Below are positions 17,967-27,106 of a stretch of 64,000 nucleotides of DNA, one piece after another. How positions within the stretch are numbered: the first letter of the stretch is position 1; each line of letters opens with the position of its first letter. The notes under the pieces were generated by a model. It saw nothing but the letters and a program-made list of their open reading frames with translations, was not told the origin of the DNA and ran no database searches. The stretch comes from Candidatus Zhuqueibacterota bacterium (GTDB taxonomy: Bacteria > Zhuqueibacterota > Zhuqueibacteria > Thermofontimicrobiales > Thermofontimicrobiaceae). A program made the position numbers and the translations under genes. The stretch spans positions 96,001 through 160,000 of the forward strand of contig JBMOPW010000036.1 in NCBI GenBank assembly GCA_049322915.1. Reading direction: 5' to 3'.

Positions 17967-20390
17967 ATGAAAAAAGATAAATTCATTACCGATTTTCAAG
18001 ACATACCAACTCCTCGTCAGAAAATGCCGCATCTGTCACTGGAAGACAGGAAACTCAATTTCAAAGAAGTGGAACTGGGATTCCCCGAAGAGATTGCATT
18101 GAAGGAAACGAGCCGCTGTTTGAGCTGCCGGCGTTGCATTGGTTGCGGGTTATGCCTGGCCGAATGCGACCAGCAGGCGATTGTCTACGACCAGAAATCA
18201 GAGTCGCGCACTCTGGAGGTCGATTCGATAGTGGTTGCCACCGGCGCTGAAAATTTCGATGCGCGACGCAAGCCGGAGTTCGGCTATTCGTATTTCCCGA
18301 ACGTCATCACCAGCGTGGAAATGGAGCGAATCCTCAGCGCCAATGGACCTTACGGTGGAATCGTCATGCGCCCATCCGACGGGGACATTCCGCAGCGAAT
18401 CGCCTTCATCCAATGCGTCGGATCCCGGGACGAAAATTTGGGACAAAATTATTGCTCCAATATCTGCTGCGTCACCGCGCTGAAACAGTCCATGGCAGTG
18501 GTCGACCGGATTGAAGGAGCCGAAGTCACCATTTTTTATAGCGACTTCCGGCCATTTGCCAACGACGGTGAACATTATTTTCTCAAAGCCAAGCAGGAAA
18601 AAGCCATCGCATTTGTGCAGGCGGCTGTGGCGCAGGTGGAGCAGACATCCGAAGGGAATAATCTCGTCATTAAATCCATGCGGAACGGCGCCGAAGAATT
18701 GTCGCAATTCGATCTGGTTGTCCTGTCCACCGGATTGAAGGCGTCGACAGGTATTCAGCGAATGAGTCGGCAATTTGGCATTAAGCTCAATAAATACGGA
18801 TTTTTCCCGGGGGATGAAACATCACCAGCAGCCACCTCCGGGGACGGTATCTGGTTCGCCGGCACGCTGACATCTCCAAGCGATATTCAAACAAGTTTGA
18901 ATCAGGCCAGCGCCGTGGCGACCCGGGTGCTGTTGTCATTGAAACAGCGGGATAAACTGTTGCAGCCAGCGCAAACGGACGGCGATGTTTTTGCAGAGAA
19001 AGAGAACGGCAATTCCGTGGGGATTTTCCTCTGTCGTTATGGGTTGACCACGCAATTCAACCTGGACGTGGATGATATCATTCGGTCCCTTAAAAATAAT
19101 CCCGCCGGATTTTATGTGACGGATCTGGAGTACTGCTGTAATTCCACCGGCAAAAAGATGATCCGCGAGACGATCGGGCGAGAAAAACTGGGACGCGCTG
19201 TCATCGCGCCCTGCTTTGATGAAACGCACCGGCCATTTTTCGAAAAAGTAGCGATGTCTGCCGGCATGTCCGGCGCCCACGTATCCATTTACGGGAATGC
19301 TGCAGGAGAACGCCAGCCCGATGCTGAGGAAGTAAAGCAAGCCATTCTCGATGTGGCGTCCGCGCCGATGGAACAACCGATTCGCGCTGCATCGCTGAAG
19401 CCATCGGTCAAAGAAGCGTGCGTCATTGGCGGCTCAGTCGAGGCGGTGCAGGCCGCACTTGACATTGCGGAACTGGGTTATCCGGTGCATCTTGTCTATC
19501 CGGATGACAATGTCCTTCCGGACGACTCGGCCGCGTTCTGGCATGTGGGTGAATTGGACAAACTTGGGGAACGGTTGCGGGAGCGACTGGCCGCGCAGAC
19601 TCGCATCGGAAAATATGGGCGGAGCTCAGTGCGGGCGTGCGCCGGGGAGCCTGGAAATTATGTCATTACCATCGGGCAGGATGGGGAAGAAAAAACGATA
19701 AAAGCCGGCGTCGTGGTTCTCGCGCCCGGGGCAAAGCCGGCAGAACCTTTGGAGCATTTCACTCAGGGCAGAGGCAATGTGTTCACGCAACGGCAACTCA
19801 GCCGGATGTTGTCTGAAAACACCCTGTCGGCGAAAAATATTGTGATGATTCAATGCGTGGGCAGTCGCGACGAGAAGCGAAGCTACTGCAGCCAGGTGTG
19901 CTGCGAGCAGGCGATTTTGAATGCATTGAAAATTCGAGAAAAACATGCCGACGCCCGCGTGACGATTCTGCACCGGGATATTCGCCTTCACGATTTCGCC
20001 GAGGATAAATACGCGGAAGCGCTGGAAAATGGCGTTGCATTCATTCGAATGGACGCGTACCCTGAAATTGCATCCACCGGCGAAAATCATTACATTCGGG
20101 TTCTCGACAGGAAGTCCGGCAAGCCAGTCGAGCTTGCGGCCGATGCGTTGGTGTTGAGCGTCGGTATGGAGCCGAGACCGGACGTTGTCCAGCTTGCTTC
20201 GATATTCAACCAGCCATTGAATCCGGATGGGCTGCTCCTGAATTCGACTCCGCTATCGATGCTGTCCCAATGGAATCAACCAGCGATCTTTAAAATTGGT
20301 CAGGCGGTATATCCGGCGCGTCTCCGGGATGTATTGGCGGAAGCAGCGGCAGTCGCCGGAAAAATAGGCCAATTGTTCGGCGTCGAATAA
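17967..20390 (+). CDS. HdrA-like multidomain protein (HdrL-like, part 2)
   Basis: Starts with RQKMP...FKEVELG...RCLSC (tail typical of the GltD insert); then NVITSVEMERIL, IQCVGSR..YCSNICC and a second, degenerate HdrA module. Confidence 0.85.
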   Translation: MKKDKFITDFQDIPTPRQKMPHLSLEDRKLNFKEVELGFPEEIALKETSRCLSCRRCIGCGLCLAECDQQAIVYDQKSESRTLEVDSIVVATGAENFDARRKPEFGYSYFPNVITSVEMERILSANGPYGGIVMRPSDGDIPQRIAFIQCVGSRDENLGQNYCSNICCVTALKQSMAVVDRIEGAEVTIFYSDFRPFANDGEHYFLKAKQEKAIAFVQAAVAQVEQTSEGNNLVIKSMRNGAEELSQFDLVVLSTGLKASTGIQRMSRQFGIKLNKYGFFPGDETSPAATSGDGIWFAGTLTSPSDIQTSLNQASAVATRVLLSLKQRDKLLQPAQTDGDVFAEKENGNSVGIFLCRYGLTTQFNLDVDDIIRSLKNNPAGFYVTDLEYCCNSTGKKMIRETIGREKLGRAVIAPCFDETHRPFFEKVAMSAGMSGAHVSIYGNAAGERQPDAEEVKQAILDVASAPMEQPIRAASLKPSVKEACVIGGSVEAVQAALDIAELGYPVHLVYPDDNVLPDDSAAFWHVGELDKLGERLRERLAAQTRIGKYGRSSVRACAGEPGNYVITIGQDGEEKTIKAGVVVLAPGAKPAEPLEHFTQGRGNVFTQRQLSRMLSENTLSAKNIVMIQCVGSRDEKRSYCSQVCCEQAILNALKIREKHADARVTILHRDIRLHDFAEDKYAEALENGVAFIRMDAYPEIASTGENHYIRVLDRKSGKPVELAADALVLSVGMEPRPDVVQLASIFNQPLNPDGLLLNSTPLSMLSQWNQPAIFKIGQAVYPARLRDVLAEAAAVAGKIGQLFGVE

Positions 20391-20712
20391 GTTAACCGCG
20401 CCGGATTGAGCCAATTTTAATAGTGTACTCATCAGATTGGAGAAACGCCGCACTATTCACGCGGACAGAAGCGAATTACAGAGGCTATTTCTAATGACCA
20501 ACCGCGAGTGAATCCGGGTAACTGACCGGTCTCGCGGTTTCCATGGCGCGATTACGATATTCAACCAGACACGTCATAGTATTCCATTCAGCCATTTTCT
20601 GTATCTATCTTCACATCCCCGAATTTTAAGTGCATCCTTTTCACCACTCACCGATCTAATATTCAAAATTGCAATAGGTTGAAAAATATGAATGGCATTC
20701 AGAATTTTTAGC

Positions 20713-20741
20713 TTGACAATGTACAAAAATATTATTAAATT
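20713..20741 (+). promoter_or_regulatory. Sigma70-type promoter of the yceD-rpmF-fab operon
   Basis: TTGACA-N17-TAAATT. Confidence 0.65.
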
Positions 20742-20775
20742 CGAGCCATTTTAAACTTAAGGCTGTTCCGGTTCA

Positions 20776-21243
20776 ATGAAAATAAAACTGACAAATTTAC
20801 ACGAAGGGCTCAACAGCCTCGATTTTGTGGCAGATGCAGCGGCATTAGGTTTTGATGAGGAAGAAGAAAAGCAACACATGTTCCCAGAGAAGATCGATGT
20901 TCATGTTGAAGTCCATGTGTTAAGTGATAAATTTTTTATTAAGGCCGAATCGACCACCCTGGCACACTACGAATGCGATCGATGTCTGGCTGATTTTCAA
21001 CGAAAATTGAATAGCGAGTTTCAGTTAGTCTATTCCAGGGAGACGCGAAATAAATTCGAGGATGATGTCTATCGGTTTCTTGAAGAGAATGCTCATGAAA
21101 TCGATATATCGCAGGATGTTCGGGATAGTATGCTTCTGGCGCTGCCCATGAAACATGTGTGTTCTGAAACCTGCAAAGGTCTGTGTCCGACGTGTGGCGT
21201 CAATTTGAACCAGGAACAGTGCAATTGCGCCACTGAAAAATAA
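20776..21243 (+). CDS. yceD: DUF177/YceD family protein; the conserved DPRW tail lies beyond an in-frame TAA (to 21279)
   Basis: ECDRCL, LALPMKHVCSETCKGLCPTCGVNLN; directly upstream of rpmF. Confidence 0.9.
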   Translation: MKIKLTNLHEGLNSLDFVADAAALGFDEEEEKQHMFPEKIDVHVEVHVLSDKFFIKAESTTLAHYECDRCLADFQRKLNSEFQLVYSRETRNKFEDDVYRFLEENAHEIDISQDVRDSMLLALPMKHVCSETCKGLCPTCGVNLNQEQCNCATEK

Positions 21244-21419
21244 GACCCCCGTTGGGAAAAGCTGAAGAATCTGAAGTAAAAAAATTAAGTACAATAGACT
21301 ATCCGCTCATATCGGGTTGCGATGTGTATATTCTGGATTTCTCCGATATGAGCGAATTTGGTTTTTAGAAATAGAACACGATGGATTTGGACAAACCAAG
21401 CACAGAATGAGAGGAAATT

Positions 21420-21602
21420 ATGGCACTGCCAAAACGTAGACATTCGAAGACACGACGCGACAAGAGAAGAACTCATTGGAAACTATCCGCTCCGACCGTA
21501 GTTGCATGTTCGAATTGTAATCAACCAAAACTACCGCACCGCGCTTGCCCGAATTGTGGCTTCTATAATGGGAGAATGATTTTTACGCCTCGGGAACACT
21601 AA
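21420..21602 (+). CDS. rpmF: 50S ribosomal protein L32
   Basis: MALPKRRHSKTRRDKRR...CSNC...PHRACPNCGFY. Confidence 0.97.
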   Translation: MALPKRRHSKTRRDKRRTHWKLSAPTVVACSNCNQPKLPHRACPNCGFYNGRMIFTPREH

Positions 21603-21637
21603 TTGTCAAGTAATAGCTCCATAAGCCGGAAGTCAGA

Positions 21638-22651
21638 ATGAAAATTGCAGTTGATGCAATGGGAGGTGATTTCGCCCCCAAAGCAATTGTGTCCGGAGCA
21701 ATCGGCGCTGCCCGTTTAGCAAAAGACCGTTTTGAAATAGTCCTTGTTGGTGATGCTGAAAAAATTCAGCAGGAACTGGAGAAGCATTTTCGAACCAATG
21801 AATTACCTATTTCCATTGTCCATGCGTCGCAGCAGGTGGAAATGGAGGATATTCCAGCCATTGCCCTGAAACGGAAGAAAGATTCTTCCATCGCTGTCGC
21901 CATGCAATTGCACAAAGAGGGCGTTGTTGATGCAGTGGTGAGCGCTGGAAATACCGGCGCTGTGTTGGCTTCGGCGCTCATTAAATTGGGAAAAATACAG
22001 AGTGTGCTGCGGCCTGCGATCGGTTCCATCCTTCCCAATGGTCGTGGCGCGACGTTTTTGATTGACGCCGGAACCAATGTGGATTGCAAGCCAAGGCAGC
22101 TCTATCAATTTGGTGTCATGGGCAGCATTTTCATGAACCGGATGTTCAGCATCGAAAATCCCCGCGTCGCGTTATTGAATATCGGCACAGAAACGAGCAA
22201 GGGGAATGAACAGGTCCAGGCGACGTATGAGTTATTCCAGAAGAGCGATTTGAATTTTGTTGGCAATATTGAGGGCGGCTCGATTTTGCAGGATATAAGC
22301 GATGTGGTTGTGTGCGATGGATTTGTTGGGAATATTATTCTTAAATTTGCAGAGTCTTTCAATTCTGTCTATTCAACGAACCTGAGAAAACGTATCGGCA
22401 AGAGGTTACAATATCTTGTTGGGGCATATCTCCTGAAACCTGCATTTCGACGACTGAAAAAGACATTCGATTATGCAGAATACGGCGGCGTTCCCTTACT
22501 CGGCGTCAAAGGCGTGGTCATCATTGGACACGGCAGCTCGTCTCCAAAAGCGATTCTCAATGCGATTCTGGAGGCCGAGAAGATTATCAAAGAAAAGGTG
22601 AACGATAAGATCGAGGATGAATTGAATATTAAATCGGCTGCGATTTTATAA
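21638..22651 (+). CDS. plsX: Phosphate acyltransferase PlsX
   Basis: MKIAVDAMGGDFAP, SAGNTGA, VVCDGFVGN, GGVPLLG, IGHGSS. Confidence 0.96.
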   Translation: MKIAVDAMGGDFAPKAIVSGAIGAARLAKDRFEIVLVGDAEKIQQELEKHFRTNELPISIVHASQQVEMEDIPAIALKRKKDSSIAVAMQLHKEGVVDAVVSAGNTGAVLASALIKLGKIQSVLRPAIGSILPNGRGATFLIDAGTNVDCKPRQLYQFGVMGSIFMNRMFSIENPRVALLNIGTETSKGNEQVQATYELFQKSDLNFVGNIEGGSILQDISDVVVCDGFVGNIILKFAESFNSVYSTNLRKRIGKRLQYLVGAYLLKPAFRRLKKTFDYAEYGGVPLLGVKGVVIIGHGSSSPKAILNAILEAEKIIKEKVNDKIEDELNIKSAAIL

Positions 22652-22718
22652 CTGCGTTGGAACATCGAGTGATATTTCAGCTTGAATTGAGAAATAGAAA
22701 CAGGAGAAACAGAAAACA

Positions 22719-23708
22719 TTGGAACATAATTATAAGGCGATGATTTCGGGATTGGGATATTCAGTCCCGGAACGGATCCTGACAAATGCGGATCTGGAAA
22801 AAATAGTCGATACAACGGAAGAATGGATCCGAACCCGTACTGGAATGGAAGAGCGACATATTGGCGATGCATCGATGGCGACGTCGGAGTTGTGCACCGA
22901 AGCAGCAAAAAAGGCGATGGCACAGGCCGGTGTGGACGCCAAAGATATTGATATTATCATTGTTGCGACAGTGACCGGTGATACGCCATTCCCATCCACT
23001 GCTTGTTACGTTCAGAAAAATTTGGGCGCTGTAAATGCGGCTGCCTTTGATATTAGCGCGGCCTGCTCGGGATTTTTGTACGGGCTCACCATGGCCAATA
23101 ATCTCATCACGAATCAGACCTATAAAAATATCCTTGTCGTTGGCGGCGAAATGCTGAGCAAGATTACCGATTGGACAGATCGCGCCACATGCGTTCTGTT
23201 CGGCGATGGAGCTGGCGCCGCTGTTGTGCAGCCTTCCGATGGCACACGGGGCATTTTCAATACATACATATCGAGCGATGGTCGATTGACGGATTTGCTT
23301 TACATGCCCGGCGGCGGCAGCCGAAATCCGGCGACCCACGAGAGCGTCGATCAGAAACTTCATTTCATTAAAATGCAGGGCCAGGAAGTTTTTAAAGCTG
23401 CCGTGAAAGCGATGGGCGATGCCGCTGTGAAATTATTGGAAGATTCAAACGTCACGTCGGATCAGATCGGATTGCTCATTCCGCATCAGGCCAATAACCG
23501 AATTATCGAAGCGACAGCCAGACGCATCAAATTGCCCATGGAAAAAGTATTTGTCAATGTGCATAAATATGGAAATACTTCCGCTGCGTCAATTCCTATC
23601 GCGTTGACCGAGGCTGTGGAACAGGGCAAGCTCAAACCGGGCGACTATTGCATGCTGGTCAGTTTTGGCGGTGGATTCACCACGGGCGGCGTTTTATTCA
23701 AGTATTAA
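22719..23708 (+). CDS. fabH: 3-oxoacyl-ACP synthase III
   Basis: DISAACSGF, VLFGDGAGA, PHQAN, YGNTSAAS. Confidence 0.96.
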   Translation: MEHNYKAMISGLGYSVPERILTNADLEKIVDTTEEWIRTRTGMEERHIGDASMATSELCTEAAKKAMAQAGVDAKDIDIIIVATVTGDTPFPSTACYVQKNLGAVNAAAFDISAACSGFLYGLTMANNLITNQTYKNILVVGGEMLSKITDWTDRATCVLFGDGAGAAVVQPSDGTRGIFNTYISSDGRLTDLLYMPGGGSRNPATHESVDQKLHFIKMQGQEVFKAAVKAMGDAAVKLLEDSNVTSDQIGLLIPHQANNRIIEATARRIKLPMEKVFVNVHKYGNTSAASIPIALTEAVEQGKLKPGDYCMLVSFGGGFTTGGVLFKY

Positions 23709-23830
23709 TGTCAGGGCTTTTCGCGCCATTCGTTTCGAAGGGTTTCATTGGGGGGAAAAAACATGCGGTATACGCTGTTGGGAGGCACTTCAAGCTGACA
23801 GACAATATCAACGATGAAGGGTGGTCTCGT

Positions 23831-24850
23831 ATGCAGAAAAGATATCGTTCAGTGGCGTTCATTATTTTAATGGCCACGTATTTTTTCGCATGTTCATCCG
23901 GATATAACTTGAAATTTTATCAGCCAGTAAAGCCGAATATGCTGGGCATCCGAAAAATGGTGGTGGCGCCGTGTCAGTCGGGTGAAGATGCAGCGTTGAT
24001 GTGCAGCGACCTTGAACTGGCGCTCAAAAACACGCATTATTTTCTGGTGTTTGATCAGACTAAATTTAGCTCGGTTTTATCGCAGTACAAACAGACATTT
24101 GAAACGCTTTCTCAGGCGGATTCGTCTTCAAAAATTGGAAAAGTGTTGAACGTCGATGGGTTGGTTTTTGCCAATTTGAAATCACTGGAACTCTTTCCCG
24201 TGGAAAAAGGAGCAGACCGCATCGAAAAAATGGTCTGGACCGGGGAATATGAGCGGGATGCAAACGGCGAGATCGTAGAAGAAGTCTCAGCCGACGGGAA
24301 AACAGTAAAAAAGAAAAAGTTCAAACTTCAGCCGGTCGACCAGGAATATCAGATTCGAAATGCAAAAGTCAGCGCGGATTTCCGGTTGATCGACCTGAAA
24401 CAGGGGGCGGTGATTTACTCTCAGGAATTGGCTGAAAATTACACCAGTGGCAAAATGGTTCGGGAGGAAGGGCAGACATTGCCCACTGACGAGGCTGTGA
24501 GGCGGCAAATTCTGATGCAAATTAACCGCCATTTCATCCGTGAAATTTCGCCGAGATCCGTTGATGTGAAGCGGGTTGTGGAAAGCGGTCCGACGTTGAT
24601 TGATAGCGGCGCAGTGTTCGCCAGAAAGGGTGATTGGGGCAAGGCCACGGAAATCTGGGACCAGGCAAAAACAATGTACCCGGCTAATTCCCGCGTGTAT
24701 TATAATCTCGGTCTGGCCAGTGAGGCTCAGGGCGATTACGAATCCGCAGAGATATACTATCGAAAAGCTGCCCTGCTGAACGCCAAGAGCAAACTTTACC
24801 AGAAGGCGATTGAACAGATTCGGGCCAGATGGATGGACCAGAAAAAATAA
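23831..24850 (+). CDS. Lipoprotein with a C-terminal TPR
   Basis: Lipobox-like YFFA|CSSG after ATG 23831; TPR-like YYNLGLASEAQGDYESAEIYYRKA. Confidence 0.75.
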   Translation: MQKRYRSVAFIILMATYFFACSSGYNLKFYQPVKPNMLGIRKMVVAPCQSGEDAALMCSDLELALKNTHYFLVFDQTKFSSVLSQYKQTFETLSQADSSSKIGKVLNVDGLVFANLKSLELFPVEKGADRIEKMVWTGEYERDANGEIVEEVSADGKTVKKKKFKLQPVDQEYQIRNAKVSADFRLIDLKQGAVIYSQELAENYTSGKMVREEGQTLPTDEAVRRQILMQINRHFIREISPRSVDVKRVVESGPTLIDSGAVFARKGDWGKATEIWDQAKTMYPANSRVYYNLGLASEAQGDYESAEIYYRKAALLNAKSKLYQKAIEQIRARWMDQKK

Positions 24851-24877
24851 TAGTACTCCGAGAGGGAAGGAAAAAAT

Positions 24878-25792
24878 ATGTCCAAGCATGCGTTTTTATT
24901 TCCTGGACAGGCTTCGCAATATGTAGGAATGGGCAAGGATTTATACGATCAGTTTCCGGTAGCGCGAGAGATTTTTGAGCAGGCAAATGACTTATTAGGA
25001 TTTGACATAACGACCATTTGTTTCGAAGGTCCTGAAGATAAATTAAAACAGACTGATATTACGCAGCCAGCTATTTTCACTCACAGCGTCATTGTTGCCA
25101 CGTTATTAGCCGACAAAAACATACAGCCGGACATGGCCGCCGGTCACAGTTTGGGTGAATATTCGGCGTTGGTGGTTGCCGGCGCCATGACGTTTCAGGA
25201 TGCCCTGATGGTAGTAAAAAAGCGGGGCGAGCTGATGCAGCACGCCGGAGAAAAACAACCGGGGACCATGGCCGCCATCATTGGACTGGATCGTGAGGTT
25301 GTGGAAGACATTTGTACGATTGCGGCATCCGCCGGCATTGTTCAACCTGCAAACTTTAACTCCCCTCAACAAATCGCTATTTCCGGTTCCCTGGAAGGTA
25401 TTGAAAAAGCGTCGCAATTGGCCCGGGAGAGAGGCGCGGCAAAGGTTGTTTCGCTTGTCGTCGGTGGGGCGTTTCATTCGCCACTGATGAGCAGCGTTCA
25501 GGAACAATTACAATTGGCTCTGGATCAGGTTCAAATAAATCGTGCAAAGATTCCGGTATATGCCAATGTCACCGCTAAACCGACGCTGGAGGCTGCGGAC
25601 ATTCGGGAGCTTCTTTATAAACAATTGACATACCCTGTTCGCTGGGTCGAAACCATCCAGAACATGATTGCCGATGGCGCCACAGACTTTTACGAGGTCG
25701 GGCCGGGCAATGTATTATCCGGCTTGCTCAAACGCATCGACAGAAATTATCGTTCCAAAACATTTGGCAAAGTCGAAGAGATAATGTTTTGA
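24878..25792 (+). CDS. fabD: Malonyl-CoA:ACP transacylase
   Basis: FLFPGQASQ, AGHSLGEY, GAFHS. Confidence 0.97.
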   Translation: MSKHAFLFPGQASQYVGMGKDLYDQFPVAREIFEQANDLLGFDITTICFEGPEDKLKQTDITQPAIFTHSVIVATLLADKNIQPDMAAGHSLGEYSALVVAGAMTFQDALMVVKKRGELMQHAGEKQPGTMAAIIGLDREVVEDICTIAASAGIVQPANFNSPQQIAISGSLEGIEKASQLARERGAAKVVSLVVGGAFHSPLMSSVQEQLQLALDQVQINRAKIPVYANVTAKPTLEAADIRELLYKQLTYPVRWVETIQNMIADGATDFYEVGPGNVLSGLLKRIDRNYRSKTFGKVEEIMF

Positions 25793-25811
25793 AACTAACA
25801 ATGAGGGATGA

Positions 25812-26546
25812 ATGGAAAGAAAAGTTGCAGTTGTTACAGGTTCTGCCAGAGGCATTGGAAAGGCGATCGCACAAAAATTAGCGCAGCTGAATTTTGATAT
25901 CGTGATTTGTGATGTGGATGAAAATGCAATCAGTGCAACAACGTCGGAAATTGAAGGCCTCGGTGTAAAAGCCATCGGACGGAGAGTGAATGTCACCAAT
26001 ACAGAGGAGGTCGAGCAGCTATTCGAAGAAGCGAAGACCGTCTTCGGCCATATTGATGTGCTGGTGAACAATGCCGGCATCACCCGGGATAACCTGCTCG
26101 TTCGCATGAAAGATGACGAGTGGGATTCTGTCATCTCCGTGAATTTGAAGGGCAGCTTCAACTGCCTCAGAGCGGCGGCAAAAATAATGATGCGGCAGCG
26201 CAGCGGTAAAATTGTCAATATCGCCTCAGTGGTCGGCGTGATGGGCAATGCCAGTCAGGCGAATTATTCGGCTTCGAAGGGCGGACTCATCAGCCTCACC
26301 AAAAGCGCAGCCAAAGAATTGGCGACTCGCGGCATTACCGTCAATGCTGTGGCTCCGGGCTACATTGAAACCGAAATGACAAAGAATTTACCCGACGCTG
26401 TGAAAGAGGCATTTATGAATGTAATCCCTCTGAAGCGGCCGGGTCAGGCAGAGGATGTGGCCAATGTTGTCGGATTTCTGGTTTCCCCGGATGCGGATTA
26501 CGTCACCGGCCAGGTGCTTCATGTCGACGGCGGCATGGTCATGTAG
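25812..26546 (+). CDS. fabG: 3-oxoacyl-ACP reductase
   Basis: TGSARGIG, NNAGITRD, NYSASK, VDGGM. Confidence 0.97.
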   Translation: MERKVAVVTGSARGIGKAIAQKLAQLNFDIVICDVDENAISATTSEIEGLGVKAIGRRVNVTNTEEVEQLFEEAKTVFGHIDVLVNNAGITRDNLLVRMKDDEWDSVISVNLKGSFNCLRAAAKIMMRQRSGKIVNIASVVGVMGNASQANYSASKGGLISLTKSAAKELATRGITVNAVAPGYIETEMTKNLPDAVKEAFMNVIPLKRPGQAEDVANVVGFLVSPDADYVTGQVLHVDGGMVM

Positions 26547-26630
26547 TTGTTCTAATTAGAATTCAAGGCGTGGTTTTTTTTATATATTAAAAAAATTCCA
26601 ACAGAAAAATTGTAAGGAGGTGAAAAGTTA

Positions 26631-26870
26631 ATGTCCATTGAACAAAAAGTAAAAGATATTATCGTCGATCAATTAGGTGTTGATCCAAGTGAGGTCACTG
26701 AACAGGCTCATTTCATCGAAGATTTAGGCGCTGATTCGCTGGACACCGTCGAATTGGTCATGGCGTTTGAGGATGAATTCAAAGTTGAAATTCCTGATGA
26801 AGACGCTGAAAAGATTACCACAGTTGGTTCGGCAATTGAATACTTGAAAACGAAAGCAAGTGATAAATAA
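26631..26870 (+). CDS. acpP: Acyl carrier protein
   Basis: [14 protein letters not shown]. Confidence 0.98.
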   Translation: MSIEQKVKDIIVDQLGVDPSEVTEQAHFIEDLGADSLDTVELVMAFEDEFKVEIPDEDAEKITTVGSAIEYLKTKASDK

Positions 26871-26878
26871 ACAAAAAA

Positions 26879-26916
26879 GTTAAGTCCTGTCAATCGGCAG
26901 GACTTAACCTGTTTTT
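26879..26916 (+). terminator. Rho-independent terminator after acpP
   Basis: gttaagtcctg..caggacttaac stem followed by a T run. Confidence 0.75.
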
Positions 26917-27106
26917 GACAGAGGTATTCAGGGAATCGACAAGCATCCGTTCCGCTCGAAGAACGAATACTTCCCGGAAATTCTTAGCGGATGCTACGCA
27001 CGAGGCAGCCAGCATTTAGAATCTCGACCGATTCCGCCGAAGGAAACGAGGAGTTATCTGATTTAAATCTATCGTTACACTGGTCAAATTTCGAGGAAAC
27101 GTTTGT

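Noticed and set aside
676..20453. Many long antisense and alternate-frame ORFs over the redox cluster (e.g. 4547-5677, 7358-8269, 10643-11599)
   Set aside because: Shadow ORFs of GC-rich coding sequence that fully overlap well-supported genes
23648..23830. Extended N-terminus of the TPR lipoprotein given by the ORF track
   Set aside because: Overlaps fabH; the ATG at 23831 gives a proper lipoprotein signal
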